Assembly: GCF_018350175.1 (NCBI RefSeq)
Contig: NC_058383.1
Location: 38,626,001-38,690,000 of the forward strand
Direction: 5' to 3'
Length of the DNA: 64,000 nt
Origin: Felis catus
Taxonomy: Eukaryota
The notes beneath the pieces were generated by a model. It did not search any database and had not been told where the DNA came from. It saw nothing but the letters and a program-made list of their open reading frames with translations. Positions within the stretch are counted from its first letter, which is position 1. Each line of letters starts with the position of its first letter. This document shows positions 48,380 to 58,008 of this stretch, piece by piece. The translations under genes and the position numbers were made by a program.

Positions 48380-49263
48380 TATCAAACCAGATAGAGACCC
48401 AAAAACCAGATAATCCAGTGAAGAGATGGGGAAAAAAAGCCTGAACGGACACTTCTCCAAAGAAGACATCCAGATGGCCAACCGACACACGAAAAAATGC
48501 TCCACATCACTCATCATCAGGGAAAGACAAATCAAAACCACAATGAGATACCACCTTAACACCTGTCAGAACGGCTAACGTTAACAACTCAGGCAACAAC
48601 AGATGTTGGCGAGGATCCTGAGAAAGAGGATCTCTTTTGCATTGTTGGAGGGAATGCAAGCTGGTGCAGCCACTCTGGCAAACAGTATGGAGGTTCCTCA
48701 AAAAAAACAGAACTACCCTATGACCCAGCAATGGCACTACTAGGCATTTATCCAAGGGATACAGGTGTGCTGTTTCGAAGGGACACATGCACCCCAATGT
48801 TTATAGCAGCGCTATCAACAATAGCTGAAGTATGGAAAGAACCCAAACGCCCATCGATGGATGAATGGATAAAGAAGATGGGGTATATATATTATGATGG
48901 AGTATTACTCAGCAATCAAAAAGAATGAAATCTCGCCATTTGCAACCATGTGGATGGAACTGGAGGGTATTATGCTAAGTGAAATTAGTCAGAGAAAGAC
49001 AAAAATCATATGACTTCACTCATATGAGGACTTTAAGAGACAAAACAGATGAACATAAGGGAAGGGAAACAAAAATAATATCAAAACAGGGAGGGAGACA
49101 AAACATAAGAGACCCTTAAATATGGAGAACAAACAGAGGGTTCCTGGAGGGGCTGTGAGAGGGGGGATGGGCTAAATGGGGAAGGGGCGCTAAGGGATCT
49201 GAAATCACTGTTGCACTATATGCTAAGTAACTTGGATGTAAAATTTTAAAAATTAATTAATTT
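48380..49263 (+). mobile_element. 5'-truncated feline-type LINE-1 3' end
   Basis: ORF2 C-terminal remnant (LLGIYPRDT...TPMFIAALSTIAEVWKEPK...DEWIKKM); TSD AAAAATTAGTCTC on both sides; inserted into an older L1M fragment. Confidence 0.92.
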
Positions 49264-49317
49264 AAAAAATTAGTCTCAAACATAAACATTAAAAAAAAAA
49301 AGACAAACAAAAACTAG

Positions 49318-49915
49318 AGGCACCTGGGTGGCTCAGTTGGTTGAGCGTCCGACCCTTTGGCTCAGGTCATGATCACAGGGTTGTGGGATCGAGCCCTGCA
49401 TTGGACTCCATGCTGAGCGTGGAGCCTGCTTAAGATTCTCTCTCTCTCTCCCTCTCCCTCCTCCCCTCTACCCACTTGTGGGCTCTGTCTCTCTAAAAAA
49501 GTTTAAACAAACAGAACGCCCACACCCCAGAAAACGCAATACAACAAAACAATTATATATACAGGGCAAGTGAGAAAGTCAGTGCCCGTGTCCAAGAAAG
49601 GGGTCAGACAAGACCTGGGGAGACAGGAAGTTTACCCACCCCCCAAAAGCTGCTCCCGCACAGAGACCCACAGAGACCGCCCACAGCATTCACAAAAACA
49701 AAAGAACAATCAACAGACACAATAATCAAGCGGAAGGGAGAATCTGGTTTCCAGAGCGAGGCCATTATTAGACTCAAATGTCTAGTGTCCCGTGAAAGAT
49801 TCCAAGGCCGGCTGGCTGGCTCAGTGGGTAGAACGCGACACGCTTGATCTCAGGGTCGTGAGGCCAAGCCCCGTGCTGGGCACCGGGCATAGAGATTGCC
49901 TAAAAAATAAATAAA
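49318..49915 (+). mobile_element. Two Can-SINEs (49318-49500, 49806-49915)
   Basis: GCACCTGGGTGGCTCAGTTGG and GGCTGGCTGGCTCAGTGGG heads. Confidence 0.8.
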
Positions 49916-51042
49916 TGAGTCACAAGGCATACAAGGCAAAGGGAAGGATGGCCCACTCAAAGGAAAAAAGATATAAGTCAACAGAAAGCGTGCCCGAAAA
50001 GGACCTAATGGCAGAGAAACGCTCTCAGATTCTACTTCTGGGAGGCGCTCGGTGTCATCGAAACCACAGAGACAGAAAGCAGATGGTGGATGCCAGGGGC
50101 CGAGGCACAGGAAGTGCGGAGTCAATGTGTAACGGGCACAGAGGCTCGGTTTGAGATGAGAAGGTTCTGGGGAGGATGGTGTTGGGGCCGGTCGTTAATG
50201 CCACTGAAGAATGGTCAACACCGAGAGGAAGCCGGGACGGCAAACGCAGTAAGACTTCCCAAACTGCCCTCCGGTTTTGCAGCAGGAGGCTACACGGGGG
50301 TCCCCACGCAAAAGGGCGTCCTTTACCCACAGCATTTACTGTGACCCGGGGCACGAGCGTATCAGCCGGTGAACGTCCAGGCGTCTTGGAGCGGGTGCCA
50401 TGGGTCACACACACACACACACACACACACACAGGCTGCTTCACCCGGGGTGCTGCGCTTGGCATTTATAGGGGCAACAGACGGCCCTCCTTCTTGGGGT
50501 ACCTGGACCCTACAGGGGCTTTTTCCTTGCTCACAGGGGCTCCCATCCCGTGTGCCAGGCCGGCTCTTCCCGCAGGGGTAACCTCCCGTGGGTTACTCCT
50601 GAGGGATCCTGTGCGGCCACCTGTGAGCCGTGGGTCCCGACTCCACCCAAACGTGTTCCTCCGCGCCCTGGCCCCAGCCCCAACCCCCACATTAGTCACT
50701 TGCAAAATCCGTGCCGGCGAGGCTCCCCAGGAAGCTGACGATAGTGATCTAAAAACTGAAACAACGCCTTCGCGCTGTGGTCCCGGATTTCAGCGGCTTC
50801 TTGGTTTTATCTGTCCCCAACGCTGATGACCTGGTTTTGTCTGTCCCCAACGTTGATGACCGGCCTCCTCGGTGAGCAGAGGTCTGAGAGGTACCTTCTG
50901 TAGTCGCCTTATAACTTCTCCCTTGGGGAGGGGGCTTTTAGGCTGGTGGCCAAAGCTTGGACTCATCCAAATCCAAGCCTGGTCTAGCAGCAAGGTGTGA
51001 CCCAGCATTCTCTTTTATCTGCACCTTAAGTATTTTTTTAAA

Positions 51043-52122
51043 GTTTTTATTTTTTATTTTTGAGAGAGAGAGAGAGAGAGGAGGAGGAGGGCGGCAGAGG
51101 GAGAGGGAGAGGGAGAGGGAGAGAACGAATCCCAAGCAGGCTCCTGGCCCAGCACAGAGCCCCACACGGGGCTCGATTCTGCGACCCTGAGCTCATGACC
51201 TGAGCCAAAAATCAAGAGTCACTCAACCGACTGAGCCACCCCGGCGCCCCCTGCGTTTTAACTGTTACAGATAATCAAGGGATTGAATATTTTGCCTTTT
51301 TCTCACTCGGTCGCATTTCCTTCTGCAGCCAGTGAAGCCGCTCTCGGAGTCTCTAACTCCCATCGGTAACTGTTACCTCGAGGAACTGAGGGCGCCCAGC
51401 TCCACACCTCGAGGGAGCTCCTGGCCCCCCCGGAATCAGAGGCTTCTCGCCCCTGCCCGTTCTCCCGGGCTTGTCCCAAACCACATTTCTGACTCAGGGC
51501 TGTTCTAGCAAATCCCACTTCACCCACACCAGCTGTCATGAAAACCGCCAGCCCTAGCGCCTTTATTTACAACAGTTTTAGGGGGCGCCTGGGGGGCTCA
51601 GTCAGTTAGGCGTCCGACTTCTGCTCAGGTCGTGATCTCGCGGTCCGTGAGTTCAAGCCCTGCGTCGGCCTCTGTGCTGACAGCTCAGAGCNNNNNNNNN
51701 NNNNNNNNNNNNNNNNNNNNNNNNNNNNNNNNNNNNNNNNNNNNNNNNNNNNNNNNNNNNNNNNNNNNNNNNNNNNNNNNNNNNNNNNNNNNNNNNNNNN
51801 NNNNNNNNNNNNNNNNNNNNNNNNNATTAACATTTTTAAATAAATAAAATAAAACAAGGGTTTTAGGAGTTTTGTGCCAGCGACTGGGGGTATATATATT
51901 TCACACAGTCTTTGCCATCAGACTGGTAGAAATTTAATTTTTTGTAACGTTTATTCATTTTTGAGAGACAGAGTGCGAGTGGGGGAGGAGCAGAGAGAGG
52001 AGACACAGAATCCGAAGCAGGCTCCAGGCCCCCCCGACGCGGGGCTCGAACTCACGAACCCGCGAGATCACAACCCGAGCCGAAGGGGGACGCCCAACTG
52101 ACTGAGCCCCCCAGGGGCCCCC
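51043..52122. mobile_element. Three Can-SINEs (- 51043-51251; + 51581-51850; - 51938-52122)
   Basis: SINE heads and tails; the last copy has TSD GACTGG(T/C)AGAAATTTAA. Confidence 0.85.
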
Positions 52123-53687
52123 CGACTGGCAGAAATTTAAAAGTCTGATGATGTCAAGTTGCAGCCAGGTGAGAACCAGGTGAAATTCATCATGGGATCC
52201 AATCTTCACATAAAAAAAACTCTACGGTAGAAACAATGGTCCTCCACCAACCTTCAAGGCTGAGTCTTAAGAAGGCTTGCAGCTTCCGCCCAGGCCTCTG
52301 GAAACCGGGTGTCGGGGAAGCCAGCTGCCGTGTCGAAGTCTGAGAGAGCCATACTGTGAGGACATCCACGCAGGCCGCAGGGCAGAGGGCGGCTGAAACA
52401 CAGGTAGAGGGTGACAGAAACGCTGTCCGGCCCCGGTGGATCCGGGGGTCCAGCCATCCGGCCCCGGCGCCAGATGTGGGAACGAAGAAGCCTTCTGATG
52501 ACCCCAGCCCCGGCCACTATGTACTCAGGAGACCCCCACCCACGTGTCCACGGAGGTCTGTGTACAAGGATGTGCATTAGCAGGTTGTTTATAACACGGA
52601 AAAAGCGCCAAGAGACGAAGTCCTTTACTGATGGGAGAGAAATAAATCGGGCCATAAACATTGGATGAAATACCATACAGCTGTTAACAAACTAAATCCA
52701 AACGCATCATCAGGGATAAATCTCATAAACACTCTGGAAAACAGCTGCCTGGAGTTTTGTGGGGTTTTTTCTTTTTTTTAGTTTTTTTTTTTTAATTTGT
52801 AACTAATCTCTACTGTCATCGTGGGGCTCAACCTCACAATTCCAAGATCAAGAATCGCGTGCTCAGGGGGATGGGCTAACTGGGGGAGGGGGATTAAGGA
52901 GGGCACTTGTCATACACTATACATTAACTAACTGGAATTTAAATTTTTTGGAGAAAAAAAGAGTCACAGCCTCTACTCACTGGGCTAGTCAGGCGCCCCC
53001 AACAAGCGGGCTACTTTAGATTAAAGGACACCTGAGAAAAGACAGCTAAATGCCATATGTGATCCTTGATTTCATCCTGGATCAAAGAAAACATCATCTA
53101 ACCGGGGCATTACTGGGAACATTCGAACGTGAGCTGTATAGTGGGCAAGATTCCTTAATCTGTTTTATCACTGTTCAGTTCGTCACTGGTGATAATGGTC
53201 CGTGTTACGGAGGCGAATGTCTGCGTCCTCAGGAGATGCAAACCAAACCGAGGTCGCCAGTGGTTTAGCAAAACGTGTGCTGGGCAAGCCTTGTGTAAGT
53301 GAGAGAGGAAGCGTACGTGGCAAACGTTCACAATTGTGAGCCTACAAGGAGCGCATTCATTGCATTATCCCTGCAACTTTGCTTCGGTTTGAAAATTGTC
53401 AGTCGATTCTGCGGATGCATACAGGCTGGATGAGTCTCAGAAGCATTATGCGAGGTCAGAGAAGCCAGGCGCAAGAGACCACGCACTGTACGTGATTCCA
53501 CGTGGAGAGCATTCTGGAGAGGACAAGATGATAGTGACACAAAGGGCGTCCGTGGCTGCCGGGGGCCAGGTGTGGGACAGAGACTGCACGAGGGCTTGGG
53601 GTACCTTGGGGATTCAGCAAGCGCTCTGTCCCAGGACTGTGGCAGAAGTTACAGCACCACATATACTTGTAAAAAACTCATCACATG

Positions 53688-53888
53688 AGGGACGCCTGAG
53701 TGGTTCGGTGGGTTAAGCATGTGATTGCAGGTCAGGTCGTGATCGCCCGGTTTGTGAGTTTCAGCCCGCGTTGGGCTCTCTGCTGCCAGCCTGGAGCCCC
53801 CTAGGGACCCTGTCTCCCTCTCGCTCTCTGCCCCTTCCCCACTCACGCTCGGTCACTCTCTCTCTCAAAATAAACATTCAGAAAAAAA
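53688..53888 (+). mobile_element. Can-SINE
   Basis: GGGACGCCTGAGTGG head, AATAAA tail, TSD-like CTCATCA flanks. Confidence 0.82.
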
Positions 53889-53953
53889 ATTTCTTAGGCT
53901 CATCAAATGAAACACTTAACCTGGGGGAATTTCATGATGTAAACATTATCCCT

Positions 53954-54216
53954 TGCGGAGGCTTGTGTTGTGTCTCCAGACAACAGGTGTCCAGGTCCTA
54001 ATTTCGAGACCCCGGGGAATGTGCCACTATTTGGAAACAGAGTTTCCAAATAGACAGGCCCGGAATAGATTTCGTCCTCAGAGCCCCGCAGGGAACCAAC
54101 CCTTTCCCCACTTTGAGTTGGGACTTCTGGCCCCCAGAACTAGGAGACACTAAATTTTGTTGTTTAAACCACGCAGTTGGCAGTAATTTGTTACAGCAGC
54201 TTTTGGAAACAAATAC
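53954..54216 (+). mobile_element. MaLR (MLT1-like) LTR, internally deleted
   Basis: GGACTTCTGGCCCCCAGAACT...TGTTGTTTAAACCAC...GTAATTTGTTACAGCAGC...GGAAACAAATAC. Confidence 0.75.
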
Positions 54217-56149
54217 CTACTTCAAGGAACCTGAGTTTTTTTGGTTCTGTTTTTTAAGAGGGGAAGAAACTTGGGAACATTGGGTTAAACGGAAAAAGCA
54301 AGCCGCGGAGGAAGAACGTATTGAGTGTGCAGTATTTTATACAGAGGTTTAAAACGCTCCAAACAATACCGCTTACTGTTCATAGACTTTGTATATGTCG
54401 TAAAAGCCCGGAGGCACCTTGGTCTGGACCCGCGCCATTCCCACGGGGTTACCTCTATGGCAGGGGGCATTCTTCGGGCCTCTGGACGCCAGCGTGGACC
54501 GCCCACAGCTCTGCGAGGGGACCCTGGAGCCGAAATTGGGCGCTGTAGGGGCCCACCTGCTGTTGGGAAGGTGGGGAGAAAGTTCTAGGGTGAGAGTGAG
54601 CCCGGAGGCTCCAGGAAACTGGCTTGTTTGAGGGCTGGGCTGTCTTTCCCTCCCTTAACTGGTTATATCCCAGCCCGGCTAGGGCGTCCCTGGGGCCCCT
54701 CTGTCCCTGCTGTCCATTTTCCTGCTGGAATCAGCAGGGAGGCTGGGGGAGGGCAGCGGGGGGCCTGTGAAGTCAGCCCTCCGGTCCATCAGGACAGCTG
54801 GAGGCCAGAATTCCTGGGTCCAGAGGAAGCAGGGGGCTCCTGCAAAGGTCCAAAGAGTGACCAGGTGCCCCCCGACTGGCAGAAATTTAAAAGTCTGATG
54901 ATGTCAAGTTGCACGGGCAGATCACTGGGCCTCCCTGAGCTGGCTTCTGGTCTGCGAAGGATATGACGTCAGGGTGGCCGTGAGGAGGAAGACACTGGAC
55001 CGTGTGTGGTGAGTCACTTCTATGGCCCGGCTACGGCCACTCAGAGGGCCCCTCGCAGGATGAAGTGCTGGCGCTTGACCCTTATTTAAGCCTCCCTATA
55101 AGCTAGGAACTCTTATCTCCCCCGTTTTACAGACGGGAAAGGCGAGGGCAGCAGAGGTTCCTCAGCTAAACGACACAGGTGCGCACAGCTAAAATGTGGC
55201 CAATCTGGGATGTGGCCTGAAGCCAAATCTGGGACTCGGGAGTCCCAGCCTCTAGGCCACGCCTCCCACGAGTCCTTCCCCCCGTTTTCCCAGAAGCCAC
55301 CTTCCTCTGATTTCTTTAGGATCCGGTCCCCAGGACCCAGGAGTCCTGGCCGCCAGCCAGAGGGGCGTGGGACGCAGCTGGGACCAGCTGAGAAACGCCA
55401 ATAATGCACATCTCGGCCCAACTTCACGTTCAACGATGTCACGTCGGTAGCTGGACATCAGCCACGGAGGGAGCGCTTCTACCCCAGAAAGTGCCACGCG
55501 CAACCATCTGGGGCTTTCTGTTTCCCCAGAAAGCCTGCTGTGGAGCAGTTCCCAGCCCACTGCTCTTCCAGCGCCCGGCGCGTCCCCGCTCCCCAGGCCA
55601 GGAGCCTCCGCCACAGCGGCGCAGGGAGCCCCGGACACCTGAGGAGGCTCGTGACCGGACACGAGGCCGTGGCCGGGGCGTCCCCCGCATGTCCGGGCCG
55701 CACCGGGCTGGGCCCGGCCCTGGATCCTCCTGGTGTCCATACCGAGGCCTCTGGCCCTGGCCTGGAGCGTGGGGTCGAGTCTCGCGCAACCTCGAAAGGG
55801 AGAGCCCCAGGTTCCCAGCCCCACGGGAACCAGGGCAGGAGCACGCGCCCTGAAGTCACACTTCTGAGGTTCACATTCAAGTTCTGTCGGTGTGAACCCA
55901 AGCGAGCCTCCCTCAGCCTCAGTTTCCTCATCTGTAAAAGAGGGCTAATGGGAGTTCGTGCCTCGTTAGGGTGTCATAAAAGTAAGCAAGCTGTGCCTAT
56001 AAAAAAGAGCTTACTTAGCAGAGTGCTCGGTAGGTCAGATGTGTCCTTGCTGTTGTCATTCTTAGCGATTCCCCATCCCACAGGGCGGTTTGTCAGGGGA
56101 AAGGAGCTGACGCCCATGCTCAGCGTGGGGTCTGCATACAGCAGGTGCT

Positions 56150-56787
56150 CCACTAATGGGGCCTGTCGTTCCTGCCAGGGCCGAGATAGGTCGGTGCCTC
56201 AGACCTGGGTGGGGGCGACTCCCCTTCAGCCCCGCCCGGCCATTCCCGCCACCAGGGGGCGCCCCAGGCCCGCCCGCGGCACCGCCCCCTCACCTGTGCG
56301 GGCCTGGCACCTGGCGCCGCCTCCGGAAGAGGGGATCGGGGACCGCGGGGACCTCGGAGGGAGCCCGGAGTCGGCGGGTAGGAGCCTAGGGGCGCCGGAC
56401 ACGGGCGCCCTTCGAGTTTCGGGCAGGACAGGGCCAGGACGAGCGGGCGCCGGGGGTGGCGGGTGCCGAGTCCTGGGGTCGGCAAGCGGGGGGGCACCGG
56501 CAAGGGGGGAAGGTGGCCGCCTCGGGCCGGGGGGTCGAGGAGCCGGGGGCGGGGGGGGGGGAGGCCACACGCCCGGGCCGACGTGCTAGACAGCAGCTCG
56601 ATGCGCGGAGGCGGGAGGAGGAGGGACGCTCCCGGGTCTCCAGAGCGGGGTCGCGCCCACAGGGCCCTCATCACGGAGACTCCCGGTCCCCGGTCGTCGC
56701 TGCGCTGGGACGACGGCGACTACTGGGTCCCGCGGTAGGGCTGGGCTTGGACACCTGGAGAGGAGAGAAGAGGAAGGGGCGGGGTGC

Positions 56788-56825
<38 letters not shown>

Positions 56826-57100
56826 GGAGTGGGGCCCCCCAGAGGGCTGGAGGTGGGGAGGGTGCCAGGCAAGCCTGGTGTGCCTTCGCATAGAGCCCCT
56901 GAACCGCCGGCCCTGGGCCGCCCTAGGAGAGCGCCACCAGGCTCCCATCCCCAGGGGCGGGCCGGGAAGTAAACAGAAACCTGGAGCGCAGGGCCTCCGT
57001 CCGCCGGCACAACCTGTTACCTTGCCCTGCCCCCGGCCTGACCCCCGCGCCCTGGGAAGCCGCGCCAACACTCTACAATGGGCACCGGGTCTGGGCATGG
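56150..57100 (+). promoter_or_regulatory. BICDL2 CpG-island promoter with candidate non-coding exon 1
   Basis: CpG-rich; donor-like GCG|GTAGGG at 56734/56735; GGAAGTAAACA (ETS plus FOX-like) at ~56965; AACCTGTT (GRHL-like) at ~57011. Confidence 0.6.
56788..56823. repeat. (TG)n microsatellite
   Basis: Perfect TG run. Confidence 0.95.
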
Positions 57101-57726
57101 GGACTCGAGACACCATGGATCTCGAGAAGATAGGAGAACGAGGCCTGGGCTACCTCGTGGGAGGGCTGGGGGCTGGGGAGGGCATCTGAGCCCCAAGCTG
57201 CTGAGGACCTGGGGCTTCTAGAAGAGGAGGAGGCTGGATTTCTTGGGGCAAAGTGGTCAGGAGTCGTAAATTCCCAAGGGCCCTGTATTCTTGGGAGGGG
57301 AAGGGGCTGACCTCAGCCTTGAGTCCTGAGTCTCTGAGAACTTGGTTTCTGGGAGGAGGGTCCCTGCGGGTGAGGGGCCGGGAGACAGAACAGCTAAGGT
57401 CTGGGAGAGGAGGGCAGTAACTCCGGGTGACCTGCGGTCCCGGAGCACGGGGGCAAGGCCACCTGGGGGCAGAGGATGTCTGCAGTTCACTTCCTTGTGC
57501 TCCCTGCCTCAGTTTACCCTGGGGACAGTAACGGAGCTGGGTGGCCAAGACACAGATCATTAACCCTTCAAGGCCCAGGGAGGCCCCGGCTGCAGGATTG
57601 AGAGGCCAGATCTTGACCAGCAGGGGGCAGGCGCCATCGGGCTGCAGAGTAGAGCGTCCTGCAGCCACCTGTGCCCACTGAGCCACCTGTGTCCGCTGAC
57701 CTGTGCCCACAGATGCCGAAGGCACC

Positions 57727-58008
57727 ATGAGCTCCCCGGAAGGGCCAAGCTTCCCGTCGGGGCTGCTCTCGGGGGGCGCCTCCCCCAGTGGCGACGAAGG
57801 CTTCTTCCCCTTTGTGCTGGAGCGGCGGGACTCCTTCCTGGGAGGGGGCCCAGGGCCCGAGGAGCCCGAGGACCTGGCTTTGCAGCTGCAGCAGAAGGAG
57901 AAGGACTTGCTGCTGGCCGCGGAGCTCGGCAAGATGCTTCTGGAACGCAACGAGGAGCTACAGCGGCAGCTGGAGACACTGAGCGCCCAGCACTCGGAGC
58001 GTGAGGAA
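57727..58008 (+). CDS. BICDL2: BICDL2 coding exon 1 (CC1 box)
   Basis: [12 protein letters not shown]...[22 protein letters not shown]...EREE|gtgagc. Confidence 0.95.

Larger units (their letters stand above)
44908..51520 (-). mobile_element. Degenerate ERVL internal region (MER21-int-like) with nested L1 and SINE insertions
   Basis: RNase H remnant ADGTSK...KSVPWAELRAVSPAVKEAL...VSTDA (46592-46828); integrase remnant ISADQGPPFTAHDVQQ (~46050-46110); probable gag-region remnant at 50700-51500 (less certain). Confidence 0.7.

Noticed and set aside
1426-53888. tRNA-like A/B-box sequences as tRNA genes
   Set aside because: All are tRNA-derived heads of Can-SINEs followed by CT tracts and A tails
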